A DNA stretch of 64,000 nucleotides from Octopus vulgaris (Eukaryota), in NCBI GenBank assembly GCA_951406725.2, contig OX597840.1, positions 16,182,001-16,246,000 of the forward strand. The letters are read 5' to 3'. A model generated the notes under the pieces. It saw only the letters and a program-made list of their open reading frames with translations, was not told the DNA's origin and ran no database searches. Both the position numbers and the translations under genes were made by a program. How positions within the stretch are numbered: the stretch's first letter is position 1; every line of letters begins with the position of its first letter. Positions 24,401 through 38,815 of the stretch are shown here, piece by piece.

Positions 24401-26361
24401 GGTCAAGCTGTCGACATTTTTGCGGACGAATTTACCTGAAGGAAAGACAGAAAAATAATGATTATAAGAAAACCATACAAGAAGAATAAAAACAAAACAT
24501 AAAGGAAACGAAACGGAAAATGTACGTAGTATAGTATTTCATTAGAATTTAAAAACGCATACACGCAACCACATACATATATAGATACATACATACATAC
24601 ATACATACATACATACATACATACATACATACATTCATACATATATACTTACATGCATACATACAACTATGTGCATGCATGTATGTGTGAATGTATGTAT
24701 GTGTACATGTGTGTGTATGTATATATACAGAGAGAGCGGAAAGAGAGAGGAGAGAAAGAAGAGAGAGAAAAGAGAGGGTGGAGAGAGTGAGGCAGAGAGC
24801 GAAAGAGAGAGATGCCATATCTCGCAACAGAGTTTGGTTGATGACGGCGTTACCGTATTGAAAGACTGGCCATTTCAGAACCCTGATTTAAATATCGATA
24901 GAAGTAAAGAGAAGAGTTCGTCAGAAGAATCCAGGTAATCATGAAGAGTTGTGGGAGCTCAGCCACAGAGAATGACATCTTACACCTGTGAAGACGGCGA
25001 AGGATTTGTACGCATATCTTCCCATGCGCATTGAAACAATTATTCAAGTTAAGGGAAGCCACACGAAATATTAACAATGTACAGCAACTTCTTGAAATGA
25101 AAATTATCCAATAAATTTGCATTTGAGACTTTTTCTCTTTTAAAACATCGTATCTTGATTCGTTTATATGAAGTGGCCGAAAACTTTTGCACGGCCATTT
25201 TTGGTAGCCATCTCGCATCTTTCCCTCTCAATCAGAACCCCTACTACAAAATATAATGATTAGGTGTGGAAATGACTCCAACAGGGCCAGTGTTTCATCT
25301 GTAAAAAATGCAATGGGAAACATCCACTTATAAGTTGGCAATTAGTAGAAATTTACAATTGTTTAAAGTAGCCAAAGACTTTTGCGCGGTACTGTATTTA
25401 CAGAGAGAGAGAGGGGGGGGGAGATTGAGAGAGAGAGAGTTAGGTAGTCTTTTTCTTTATATGAAAAGCATCGCATTTCGAGATTGCCACATGAATATAT
25501 GTATTATATACTATTATTTAGTTTTATCTCAAGATTTCTTGCCAATGGAGAAAGAACCGGTTTCTAACCTAGATCCAAGACTCCGTCATTGGAATTTCAT
25601 TAACATCATAGATGCTTTGGTCTTTGTGTGCAAGTTTTTGTGCATCAGTACATGTGCAGATTTGTAAGTTGTGCTTTATGCATGTGTATTCATATGCATA
25701 GTTACATGTCTAGACACATGCATATGTATGCATATGCTAAACTTCTGGAAAGTTTTACGTATTTTGACAATTCTCTTGATGGCTTGGAGTTGCAGTCTTT
25801 TAATTAGCTTTCTCCTTTCTGGTTTTGAGAAGCCTAATTTCTCCAGATCGGTACTGCTCCGATGATGTATGTATGTATGTATGTATGTATGTATGTATGT
25901 ATGTATGTATGTATGTATGTATGTATGTATGCATGTATGCATGTATGTATGTATGTATGTATGTATGTATGGATGGATGGATGGATGGATGAATGGATGG
26001 ATGGATGGACGGATGGACGGACGGGTGGATGGATGGATGGATGAAGCAGTGACTGGATACATCCATCCATTGCTCGTGTATGAGTGTGTTTGTGTTTGTG
26101 TTGTATGTTTGTAATGGAAAGTATATTGGAACGACAAACTCACCGTTTGTAATTACTGGTACAAATATGGAGATCTGTGGGGAAAGAAACAACAATAATC
26201 AATGAATGAAACATAGAGAGAAAGAAATTAACTTAAAATGCAATTAATTATAATTTAAAACGGACTAATAAACGATAGAATTAGAATGGAAATGAGAGAA
26301 ATATTCTTACGATACAAAGAATAGTCGCGCCAAGCAACCATGGGCTGCGTGTGGGTGCCAT
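10368..26361 (-). CDS. Molluscan (octopod) hemocyanin, complete 7-FU subunit gene, copy 1; join of 26311-26361, 26144-26174, 23203-24435, 21605-22067, 20185-20966, 18245-19486, 16687-17937, 15512-16533, 14859-15099, 13906-14567, 12066-12648, 10763-11968, 10368-10372
   Basis: Seven tandem ~410-aa type-3 copper units, each with CuA (YHG/FHG/FHA, CCxHG, WHR) and CuB (HNxxH, HHxxxDR/ER) motifs; splice sites read directly; summed exons 8772 nt, in frame, 2923 aa plus stop; all linker introns phase 1. Confidence 0.96.
10763..11968 (-). CDS. Hemocyanin copy 1 FU-g exon
   Basis: [35 protein letters not shown]; donor G|GTCAGT. Confidence 0.95.
12066..12648 (-). CDS. Hemocyanin copy 1 FU-f exon 2
   Basis: Resumes VDRIWAIWQ after TTTCAG; ends PAK-G|GTAAG. 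Confidence 0.94.
12858..13252 (-). mobile_element. tRNA-derived SINE family A (head GGCGGCGAGCTGGCAGAA, core GCCTTTCATCCTTTCGGGGTCGAT), internally duplicated, in the FU-f intron
   Basis: B-box-like GAGTTCAAATTC; related copies at ~13500-13870, 33266-33657, 39730-39910, 45630-45800, 51820-52030, 52510-52706. Confidence 0.85.
13906..14567 (-). CDS. Hemocyanin copy 1 FU-f exon 1
   Basis: [31 protein letters not shown] then GTAAG donor. Confidence 0.94.
14859..15099 (-). CDS. Hemocyanin copy 1 FU-e exon 2
   Basis: [29 protein letters not shown] beta-domain; TTCAG acceptor, GTAAGT donor. Confidence 0.92.
15512..16533 (-). CDS. Hemocyanin copy 1 FU-e exon 1
   Basis: [26 protein letters not shown]; CAG|GTAAGT phase 0. 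Confidence 0.94.
16687..17937 (-). CDS. Hemocyanin copy 1 FU-d exon
   Basis: [26 protein letters not shown]; CGTAG acceptor, GTAAG donor. Confidence 0.95.
18245..19486 (-). CDS. Hemocyanin copy 1 FU-c exon
   Basis: [26 protein letters not shown]; ends at a GC donor (TTAG|GCAAGT). Confidence 0.93.
20185..20966 (-). CDS. Hemocyanin copy 1 FU-b exon 2
   Basis: [14 protein letters not shown]; TGTAG acceptor, G|GTAAT donor. Confidence 0.93.
21605..22067 (-). CDS. Hemocyanin copy 1 FU-b exon 1
   Basis: IRKDV..EFHG..CCEHG..HWHR; phase-2 donor AG|GTTTG. Confidence 0.93.
23203..24435 (-). CDS. Hemocyanin copy 1 FU-a exon
   Basis: [26 protein letters not shown]; TTCAG acceptor and GTAAGT donor. Confidence 0.95.
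24835..25200 (+). mobile_element. Tc1/mariner transposase remnant in hemocyanin intron 2 (mirrored at ~55710-56075)
   Basis: [14 protein letters not shown] resembles the WPxxSPDLNPIE motif; C-terminal HTKY-stop and a TIR-like end. Confidence 0.6.
26144..26174 (-). CDS. Hemocyanin copy 1 exon 2, signal peptide part 2 ([11 protein letters not shown])
   Basis: Polypyrimidine-CACAG acceptor, GTGAGT donor, phase 1 joins in frame to FU-a [10 protein letters not shown]. Confidence 0.8.
26311..26361 (-). CDS. Hemocyanin copy 1 exon 1, signal peptide part 1 ([17 protein letters not shown])
   Basis: ATG in AACAACATGG context ~70 nt after TATATATA; ends at GTAAG donor, phase 0. Confidence 0.8.
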
Positions 26362-26430
26362 GTTGTTGAGAAGAACAGCTTGGCCCTCTGGAGGAAAGAC
26401 CACACTGTGGAATGGATGTCTGCAGAGAAG

Positions 26431-26438
26431 TATATATA
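26431..26438 (-). promoter_or_regulatory. TATA box, hemocyanin copy 1
   Basis: TATATATA 70 nt upstream of the ATG; identical in copy 2. Confidence 0.6.
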
Positions 26439-27084
26439 GCGGTGAGGTTATGGAGAGAATCTGTACATTTTGACAATCTGATCTGAACACGTGAAGCAGA
26501 GGTCTAGAAAATAGCGTAAACACGACACAGGTCAGAAGTTCATTAAACATTTGCTGGAATCTGTGGGGTTTTTTGTTGTTGTTGTATTTATTTGTTTGTT
26601 GTTGTTTTTGGTTTGTTTACGCTGAACAAAAATAAAATAAAACGAAAATAAATAATTAAAACATCTTATAAAACAATAAAAAAAATCAATAAACGAAATT
26701 TAGTGAAATTTGATTTTTTTTGCTTTGAAAGAAACTGTGACTACATCACCTTATTCTTTGTCTGTGAGTGTGTGTATGCGCGCGCGCGCATACATGCAAA
26801 CATATTCATACACATTCTCACGTTCATACACACACACATCCATGCACACATACATTCATAGTCTTATATTTCCATACATGCGAGCGCGCACTCTCTCTCT
26901 CTTACTTTCTCTCTTTCTCTCTCCCAATCTCTCACACCCACATACACAGTAATCTATCGTAGGTCGAAGATTCATCCATTCAACCCACGCATAATGATAT
27001 GTTTTATTCTTCTTTGTATTATTTTCTTTGTCACGTAACTCATATCAGATTTTGGTTTTTCTCTTTTCCTTTTCCTTTATGTAT

Positions 27085-28290
27085 TCCGCAAAGCTGGGGC
27101 TCTGATCACTCGACTTAGATCAACCGAAAGCTTTCGATAGGGTCGACTACCACTACTTGGCAGCTGTCCTCGCAAAAGCTGGTTTTGGTCCCGTCTCTGG
27201 GGATAGGATTGTCGTAATGTACGGCGACATTCGTTAAATGTTTAAGGTAAATGGCCACCAATAGAAATCCTTCAGTATCAAGCACTCGGCCCATCAAGAT
27301 TGTTTCCTCTTGTCTCTTCTGTATTCTTGGGCCACTATGGCAGAAATTGGAGACATTGGGACATCCGTATCAGTAGATGTGGACGGCATCAGCGTTATAG
27401 CATCGGACATCAAGGACATTGAAGTGATCGGCTCCGTTTTAAGGAACTACGAGGGGGTGACAGGAGCCAAATTCAACCAAGACGTCAGTGGGGCTACAGC
27501 TGGGCACTTGGAGAGGCAGGTTCATCCCGGTCGTCAATGGTGTGGAGCGATGAACAGACGGCCCGATTAAATTGCTCGAGGTCTAATTTGGTCTAGACCT
27601 TCAGGTGGAGAACTGAGACAGGTGACGTGTAGCGTGGTTAGTTACACAAGAAATGGGCCAAGAGGAAGTTATCCCTGAAAAATGTGGCTGAGGTGACAAA
27701 CACTTACACACCTCCGTCTTCTGCTACCGTTTGACCGAAGTGTTTGTCCCAGTTCATGTCTGACCGAAACGTCTATCCTTCTACGTTTAATAAAGGACGT
27801 GTTCCACTTACAATCAACACCCTGTGTGGAGAGAGCTGGACATGCCGTGGATGATGAAACGTCGGCATGTACAGAGGTTGCGACAGCAATTCCCTTGAAA
27901 GTAAACAGGTGTGGTCACCGTTTGTCAAGTGCGTTCTCCCACAAATCTTCTCTTTGAAAGAATTGCTGTCTTGGGTCAAGCAAAGACCGAGACTGGATGA
28001 TTGGCACCTGGAATGTCGTCAAGTACTCATAAGCCTCTACCAGTCGGGTAATGTGGCGGGTGTTCTACAGGGTATTAGTGACATGCAAAAAAAAAGAGGT
28101 CCATGGGGTAACTCTGATTATCGATGAGAATCAACTGGCTTGTCTGTTCCGGAGAACTTTCGAGCCTGAGTCCATTAACAATTTCCAGAAACTCTTGCCT
28201 GCAAATGTTTCCGGGGGCATTGCCGGTTCAGGATAAACTTTACAGTCATGAAAGGGCCGCTGGCTGGGCATTGGCATGATGTGATCAGAG
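27085..28290 (+). mobile_element. Degenerate L1/Tx1-like LINE reverse transcriptase fragment
   Basis: KAFDRVDYHYLAAVLAKAGFGP-like and later RT-like segments, broken by frameshifts. Confidence 0.6.
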
Positions 28291-28319
28291 GAACGAAACC
28301 GCTTTCCACACACATAAAT

Positions 28320-28592
28320 GCAGGAGTGGCTGTGTGGTAAGTAGCTTGCTTACCAACCACATGGTTCCGGGTTCAGTCCCACTGCATGGCACCTTGGGTC
28401 TTCTACTATAGCCTCGTGAGTGGATTTGGTAGACGGAAATTGAAAGAAGCCCGTCGTATATATGTATATGTATATATATATATGTGTGTTTGTCCCCACA
28501 GCGTCGCTTGACAACCGATGCTGGTGTGTTTACGTCCCCGTAACCTAGCGGTTCGGCAAAAGAGACCGATAGAATAAGTACTAGGCTTACAA
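28320..28592 (+). mobile_element. tRNA-derived SINE family B (head GCAGGAGTGGCTGTGTGGTAAG..GGTTCAGTCCC)
   Basis: A and B boxes; other copies at 37297-37712 (+), 50900-51340 (-), 53080-53455 (+), fragment 29995-30033. Confidence 0.85.
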
Positions 28593-29043
28593 AGAAGACA
28601 CATCTTCTCAGGCCAAACTCTCACCAACTTTTATAAAGTTTCACTCGAAAGAAAAGTTAGGGTGGAGAGGGAAGTATTACTTTGCAACAAATTCTTTGGA
28701 AGAGGTAGCGAGGCGTGTATGGTCCTAATGAACGGGCCTGCTCTAAGATTGGAGAGTAACTGATAGAGGGTGCTGGTCTTAGAGGGCAGGGCAACCGTAA
28801 TTTTTTGTGGAGATTCCACGAGTAGAGGAATCAGATGTCTCCATCCTGAAACAGTGGAAAGCTTTTTTGTTAAATTTTTTTTTTTGCTTTTGTTAGTTCT
28901 CTTGTTTGCAAGTTCTTTTTATGTAATCCCACTCTGTATTGTCGTTCTGTGCAGCCTCTATCTTTCTGTTAACTTTTGTGGTTAATAAAGAAAGATTATT
29001 GTTATCATTATTATTATTATTATTGTTGTTGTTGTTATTATTG

Positions 29044-29123
<80 letters not shown>

Positions 29124-29218
29124 GAGAGGAGAGCCTTCAAAGTGACAGTATACTCATCGTGACTACCCATCAGAAGCCATGAGAGCAAGTGCTTGGTACT
29201 GCATCAAGGCAATTATTA

Positions 29219-29272
<54 letters not shown>

Positions 29273-29458
29273 GTCATTGTCATCGTCGTCGTCGTCATCA
29301 TCATCATTATCATCATCATCACCATCATTATTATTATTGTCATCATTATCATCATCATCGTCGTCGTCGTCGTTGTCGTCATCTCATCGTCGCCGTTGTC
29401 ATCATCATCATCATCATCATTATTATTATTGTCATCATTATTATTATTATTATTATTG

Positions 29459-29494
<36 letters not shown>

Positions 29495-30039
29495 GTCGTC
29501 ATCTCATCGTCGCCGTTGTCATCATCATCATTGACTGAGCTGCAGTCTTGGGTCAAGCGTAGAGCTAGCCAGGGTGTCTGATACCTTGAGTGCCATCAGA
29601 CGCTCACAGTCTTCTGCCAGTTGGGTAATGTGGTCGGTGGAAGTTCCACTCTGGAGTTCTATTGAGGTTTAAAGGTGAGCAAGAACGATGACGTTCTTGG
29701 CGAGACTTTGGGCGTCGACGAAAATCAACTGGATGATCTGTTTCGGAGGACTTTCGAACCATCGTCCACGCATAATTCCCAAAAATCCTTGACTTGACAT
29801 TGCTAACTTTACAAGTATGGAAGTGCCGTCAATCGGTCCTACCCGAGATGCGTACACAGCGACGAAACTGTTCTGCACGAACTCGTCCAGAGACCGAGCA
29901 TTGTTGATTTCTGAATATGTATCTGACACCTGCCGAGGTGTGTAGGATGAAACTGGCAAGCGGCTGAGTCCATTGTGAAGAACGTACTCAACGTAGGCGC
30001 AGGAGTGGCTGTGTGGTAAGTAGCTTGCTTACCTCTGTC

Positions 30040-31016
30040 GTGTACAGACGTGATTTTTTGGCGGTGAGTCAAACGTTCTGTTGAACGTTGGAAATTTTTT
30101 CTGTTCGAATTGTTGTTTATTGTTGAATATTGTTGAACTTCGAAAATGTTTGTGCTTTTTCCCGGTGACGGGAGAAAATAATTGTTGAAATATTGAAATT
30201 ATTAATATTATTAATACTGAACTTATTAATATTATTAATATTGAACTTATTAAAGCCGTTGTAGGCTTTATTGTCGTGCCCCTCCCCCAGCGGGGGTGGG
30301 ATTTGAACTGTTATCCTCATTAAGAGGAAAAAAATATTATAGGTTTCCCGTTTTGGGGGATACTATATATTTATTACTGCGTGAAAAATTTAATTTCGAA
30401 CGTTGTAGGCTTTGTTACTACGTCTCGCCCCCCAGCGGGAGTGGGATTTGAACTGTTGTCCTCGTTGAGAGAAAGAAAAAGTAAAAAATTATAGGTTTCC
30501 CATTTGCTGGGATTAAATTGTGTACAATTTATTTCGAACGAAATATGTCGGTCGAAATAATTCAAGAAACAAACCAGTTGCATGAGCCAGCAAAAAAGTT
30601 CGCGGCAGAAGCCGCTGTTTCGTGTAAGACTGTTGTAATAGAAACCGAGAAGCTCTCCGAGATTTTTAAGAGAATGAAAGGGGAGGGTGGGGATATAAAG
30701 ATGTCACCCTCCCCTAGTGTTGAAAATGTGAAGAGAGGGACAGTCGTTTACAAAACGTACCATCCTTCATCGAAAAAATTCAAGCACTTCGAAAAGTGCG
30801 AAATAGAAAATGCCTGGCCCCTATATGGAAAGATATAAAATACATAGCGAGGGGCCAGGCATATGGAACAATAGAGGCTAGATTTGAGACGGCCGAAAAA
30901 GCCCAAGAGCACTAAGTGAGTTTTCTGAAAACGAAGGAGGTGGTGCTGCTCCCAACATACATGGGAAGGAGAACAGCACGCGTTAGAATAAACGAAGTAC
31001 CACCAGAAATTGAGGC
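30040..31016 (+). mobile_element. 5'UTR and ORF1 start of an L1/Tx1-like LINE, cut by an (AAT/AAC)n array
   Basis: Tandem ~140-bp UTR repeat (~30257-30510); LLPTYMGRRTARVRINEVPPEI resembles LINE ORF1. Confidence 0.5.
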
Positions 31017-31048
<32 letters not shown>

Positions 31049-31142
31049 TAACAATAACAACAATAATAATAACAATAATAATAATAACAATAATAATAAC
31101 AATAACAATAACAACAATAATAACAATAATAATAATAATAAC

Positions 31143-31174
<32 letters not shown>

Positions 31175-31181
31175 TAATAAC

Positions 31182-31219
<38 letters not shown>

Positions 31220-31232
31220 TAACAATAACAAC

Positions 31233-31267
<35 letters not shown>

Positions 31268-31319
31268 TAACAATAACAACAATAATAATAATAATAAGAA
31301 TAACAATAACAATAACAAC

Positions 31320-31402
<83 letters not shown>

Positions 31403-31472
31403 GAAGAAGAAGAAGAATAACAATAACAATAACAACAATAATAATAATAATAATAAAAATAACAATAACAAC

Positions 31473-31546
<74 letters not shown>

Positions 31547-31670
31547 GAATAACAATAACAATAACAACAATAATAATAATAATAATAACAATAATAATAA
31601 CAATAACAATAACAACAATAATAACAATAATAATAATAATAACAATAATAATAATAATAATAATAATAAC

Positions 31671-31746
<76 letters not shown>

Positions 31747-31781
31747 TTAACAATAACAATAACAACAATAATAATAATAAC

Positions 31782-31825
<44 letters not shown>

Positions 31826-31881
31826 TAACAATAACAACAATAATAATAATAACAATAATAATAACAATAATAATAACAATC

Positions 31882-31912
<31 letters not shown>

Positions 31913-31970
31913 TAATAACAATAATAATAATAATAATAATAATAACAATAATAACAATAACAATAACAAC

Positions 31971-32005
<35 letters not shown>

Positions 32006-32076
32006 TAACAATAACAATAACAACAATAATAACAATAATAATAACAATAATAATAATAATAATAATAACAATAATG

Positions 32077-32120
<44 letters not shown>
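31017..32120 (+). repeat. Compound (AAT/AAC)n array
   Basis: Direct observation. Confidence 0.98.
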
Positions 32121-32121
<1 letters not shown>

Positions 32122-32262
32122 ACGATATTTCGGCTTCTAGCGTGCCTTTCACAGGTTCAAAAATGACATGTTAGTCTACTTCAATTTTTTGTTAGACTAT
32201 ATAGAACCGGCACGCTAGATGCCGAAATATCGGTCAATAATTTTTACATGATATGGCACTCT

Positions 32263-33240
<978 letters not shown>

Positions 33241-33656
33241 AGACTACTGGATGATGATGATGATGGTTTCAAATTTTGCCACAAGGAAAGCAATTTTGGG
33301 GGAGAGGATAAGTCAATTCACATCGACCACAGTGTTTATCTGGTACTTATTTAATCGACCCTGAAAGGATGAAAGGATGAAAAGCAAAGTCAACCTCGGC
33401 GGAATTTGAAGACAGACGAAATACCTATTTCTTTACTATCCACAAGGGGCTAAACACAGAGAGGACAAACATGGACAGACAAACGGATTAAGTCGATTAT
33501 ATCGACCCCAGTGCGTATCTGGTACTTAATCTATCGACCCCGAAAGGATGAATGGCAAAGTCGACCTCGGCGGAATTTGAACTCAGAACGTAGCGGCAGA
33601 CGAAATGCCGCTAAGCATTTCGCCCAGCGTCATAACGTTTCTGCCAGCTCGCCGCC

Positions 33657-33657
<1 letters not shown>

Positions 33658-33712
<55 letters not shown>

Positions 33713-33828
33713 TTAACAATAACAATAACAACAATAATAATAATAACAATAATAATAATAATAATAATAACAATAACAATAACAACAATAATAATAATAA
33801 CAATAATAATAACAATAATAATAATAAC

Positions 33829-33863
<35 letters not shown>

Positions 33864-34002
33864 TAATAACAATAACAATAACAACAATAATAATAACAAT
33901 AATAATAATAACAATAATAATAACAATAACAATAACAACAATAATAACAATAACAACAATAATAACAATAATAATAATAATAATAATAATAACAATAATA
34001 AC

Positions 34003-34046
<44 letters not shown>

Positions 34047-34059
34047 TAACAATAACAGC

Positions 34060-34097
<38 letters not shown>

Positions 34098-34212
34098 TAA
34101 CAATAACAACAATAATAATAATAATAATAATAACAATAACAATAACAACAATAATAATAATAATAATAATAATAACAATAATAATAACAATAACAATAAC
34201 AACAATAATAAC

Positions 34213-34253
<41 letters not shown>

Positions 34254-34308
34254 TAACAATAACAATAACAATAACAATAACAACAATAATAACAATAATA
34301 ATAATAAC

Positions 34309-34346
<38 letters not shown>

Positions 34347-34359
34347 TAATAATAATAAC

Positions 34360-34391
<32 letters not shown>

Positions 34392-34413
34392 TAATAACAA
34401 TAATAATAATAAC

Positions 34414-34448
<35 letters not shown>

Positions 34449-34578
34449 TAACAATAACAATAACAACAATAATAACAATAATAATAATAACAATAATAAT
34501 AATGATAATAATAATAATAATAATTATAATAATAATAATAATAATAACAATAACAACAATAATAACAATAATAATAAC

Positions 34579-34610
<32 letters not shown>

Positions 34611-34644
34611 TAACAATAACAACAACAATAATAATAATAATAAC

Positions 34645-34697
<53 letters not shown>

Positions 34698-34725
34698 GAA
34701 GAAGAAGAAGAATAACAATAACAAC

Positions 34726-34766
<41 letters not shown>

Positions 34767-34791
34767 TAACAACAATAATAATAATAATAAC

Positions 34792-34823
<32 letters not shown>

Positions 34824-34864
34824 TAATAATAATAATACTACTACTAATAATAATAATAATAATA

Positions 34865-34923
<59 letters not shown>

Positions 34924-34963
34924 AATAATAATAATAATAATAATAGTAATAGTAATAGTAATT

Positions 34964-35011
<48 letters not shown>
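33658..35011 (+). repeat. Compound (AAT/AAC/GAT)n array
   Basis: Direct observation. Confidence 0.98.
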
Positions 35012-35012
<1 letters not shown>

Positions 35013-36363
35013 GTACCAGTGATTGTAGGATCTCTAGGAATGATAAAAAAAAGGTACTGAAACCTATTTGAAAATGATACCAGGCTTACCATCCCTACAG
35101 GAAGTGCAAAAAATCGTGTTAACTGGAACGACTCATGTACTGAGAAGAGCATTATCGCTGTGAAAACAACATCCATTCATGAATTTATTTATTTATTTAT
35201 TAATTTTTTAAACACATATTTTACCTGTGAATTTGCGTGTGTAATCTGGGAATGCATACAAATGAGCTTCTCTGCCCAAGGTGTACGGAAAACACTTGGC
35301 GAGAAATGGAAGAAAATTTGAAGAAACAACAACAACAACCATAATAATGACAACAACAAACACTGAACTCAATGCCAATGACTAATATTAAACAGCGAAT
35401 TCAATGCTGAAAATAAGATAATAGCCATACCAGTCATAAATTACGGCTTCAACATAACAAACTGGAAGATCAGTGAATTGAGTAACTTAGAAAAACCAGA
35501 AAACTATCAACAGTATACCGAAGCCACCACTCCAAAGCAGACATAGACGGAATATATCTATCCCACTCACAAGCAGGTAGCGGCTTGACATAGGTAGAGA
35601 ACTACTATAAAATAACAATAGTTGAATCAGAAAAGTATTAAGAAACAAACAGTGGAAGACTGCTACATGTGATAAAAAGGTAAAGTAAAGTTCCTTCCCG
35701 AGTCATACAGACTCATAAGGGTTGGTTTTCCGGTTTCCATGGCATATAAATTCCCTACCTGCATGGGACGCCGGTATGTCACATGATTACTCAGTTTTGC
35801 CAGCTGAGTGGACTGGAGCACCGAACACAACGCGTGGCTCGGTCCAGGAATGGAAACCACAATCTTACGACCATGTGTTCAACACCCTAACCATTAAACC
35901 ACGCGCCACCACATGTAATAAAGTCACACGAAGAAAGAAAATGCTTTTCTCTATACACAAGGAAGCGACAAAAAAAACCCCCACAGAACAGAAAAAATTA
36001 CTCTGATTCACTGATATCAGACGACACCGCAGAAATGGCCAAAGAGACAAGAAACAACATGAAAACAGAACTACAAAATATACTAAAAAAGAAATAGAGA
36101 GGAAAATCACTGCATGGCCAATACCCTTCAAGGCTTGGCTGAGAAGAAATGAGCCTAAGTAAAAGGCAACAATGGCTCAAAAGCCCTGGACTAAAAGCTG
36201 AAAGGGAAGGGCTGATTTTCGCTGCACAAGACCAGTGTCTGACCACAAATGATTATAAAAGCAAAATAATGAAACCAGGCCCTAACTCCAAATGCAGAAT
36301 GTGCAACCAGTACAATGAGACAGTTGGCCACATCATCTCTGGCTGTCCAATCCTTGTCAGGTC

Positions 36364-36405
<42 letters not shown>

Positions 36406-37172
36406 GGAGTAAACACATAAATGTGAAACAAGGTGGAAAAAAGAGTACTCAAATACCAGTGGTAGAGTAATATGCTTTATTTACAGCAGAAAATTCAACA
36501 AAACCTGTTACTCCGAGTTTCGCATTGCCATTCATCGGACAGTTTTTGCTAGAATGGACCATTCTAGCAAAAACTGTCCGATGAACGACAACGGGAAACT
36601 CAGAGTAACAGGTTTTGTTGAATCATCGAAATTGAAGTATTCAAGATGTAGGATGTGAAGGTGAAAACAATACCATTGTAATAATCGGAATATTGAGTAC
36701 GATAAAAATAGAGAACATATGAACAAAAACGTAGAAGCTATAGCTGGATCCTCAACACTATACACTATCCGAAAAAAAGCCCTGCTAGGAACCGCCCACA
36801 TCCTACAAGACACAACCAATTCAATAATACAACTAGAATAAAACAATCCACAAACACAAGGTACACTCTACACAGAAAATATCCAATAAAACAAACAGCC
36901 ATCACAACATGTGCTCTACAGGCTGGATACCCAACAGGAGAGCACAACTCACATTACACATGCAAACACACAATACGGACACTAATGCAACAAAAGACTA
37001 ACCAAACCTCGTAACAAAACAAACTGATACAATACCGAAAAGAGTTTGGGCACCGCCACCAACAACAACAACAACAAAAGAACACACAATACTGCACCCC
37101 CGCCCACCTACCCCCCAGCAACACTGAGGTATAGCAGGTGATGCAGTAGAAGTCTGAAATTATCAAACGTTG

Positions 37173-37224
<52 letters not shown>

Positions 37225-37457
37225 ATAATAATAATAATAATAATAATAAGGCGAGCTGGCAGAAACGCTAGTACGCAGAGTGAAATTCTTATTTTGGTGC
37301 AGGAGTGGCCGTATGGTAAGTAGGTTGCTTACCAACCACATGGTTCCGGGTTCAGTCCCACTGTGTGGCACCTTGGGCAAGTGTCTTCTACTATAGACTC
37401 GGGCCAACCAAAGCCTTGTGAGTGGGTTTGGTAGACGGAAACTGAAAGAAGCCCGTC

Positions 37458-37496
<39 letters not shown>

Positions 37497-38729
37497 TGTG
37501 TATCTGTGTTTGTCCCCCCCCCCTCCGACATCGCTTGACAACCGATGCTGGTGTGTTTAGGTCCCCGTAACTTAGCAGTTCGACAAAAGAAACTGATAGA
37601 ATAAGTACTAGGCTTATAAAGAATAAGTCCTGGGGTCGATTTTATTCGACTAAAGGTGGTGCTACAACATGGCCGCACTCAAATGACTGAAACAAGTAAA
37701 AGAATAAAAGAATAGTAAGAATATTATTATTAAGAATATTATTATTAAAGAATATTAAAGAATATTATTATTAAACTGGTGATGAAGTGCATAATAGGAG
37801 AAAAGGACAAGAACAAACTACAAAGAGAGCCTGACAGACAGATCGGAGAGAAACCTCCGTATGACCAATTTTGGTGAACCACTGAAGACATATGTGGAAC
37901 AAAATCCTGGGATTTGTTAAAACGGGGGCAATTAAAAAAAAAAAAGCAAAAAGCAGAGAGCCTAATTGTAGCAGCCCAAGATCAAGCGATAAAATCAAAC
38001 AACTTGAGAAAAATGTATATGGAGAGAATGTGTCAGAAAAATGTAGAGCCTGTGGAACTTGGAACGAGATAGTGGTACATTATGGTTGAATGCTCCAAGT
38101 TGGCACAGGAAAAATATAAGAAATGGAGGCTCGAGCAGATTGTTATACACTGGAACTGTGCCAGAAATGGGGATTTGAAGCTGGAAACACATAATACAAT
38201 TATTGAGTCGAAAGAGTATTGCAGTCGGAAAAATGTAAGATTTTGTGGGAGTTTCTATTCAAACGGACAAGAAATTAGAAAGTAATAGACCAAACATAAC
38301 GATTATAGATAAGGAAAAGCGAAGTTGCTTACTTATCGATTCATCATGCCCGTTTGATTCCAGGATCGTAAAGAAAGGGGAAGAAAAACAAACAAACAAA
38401 AAATCTAATCCCGTAAAGTTTGAAATAGGAAGAATTTAGGGCATGCGAACAGTAAAGGTCTTGTCTATAATGATTGGTATGTTATGAACAATAAGGAAAG
38501 ATATAGACAAATAGCTGAAGGAGATTGGAATAGAATGCCTGGTAGAGCTCCTACAGAAAGTTTGTATCTTAGGGATCAGCAGGGTTCTAAGCACTTGAAA
38601 GACTACTGAAAACTAGTGGATATCTAAGATTACAGATAGTAACCTGCTATCCATACAATTCCTACCAGGAATAGGGACCGAACCTGAGCCAAACCAAACT
38701 AGTAATAATAATAATAACAATAATATTAA

Positions 38730-38815
<86 letters not shown>

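Noticed and set aside
10677-24406. Treating each hemocyanin ORF as a separate tyrosinase-like gene, with the ORF-track starts and tails
   Set aside because: Splice signals join them into one in-frame 7-FU polypeptide; the ORF ends run into introns
28320-28395. tRNA gene
   Set aside because: tRNA-like head continues into SINE body and tail in multiple copies; no clean cloverleaf
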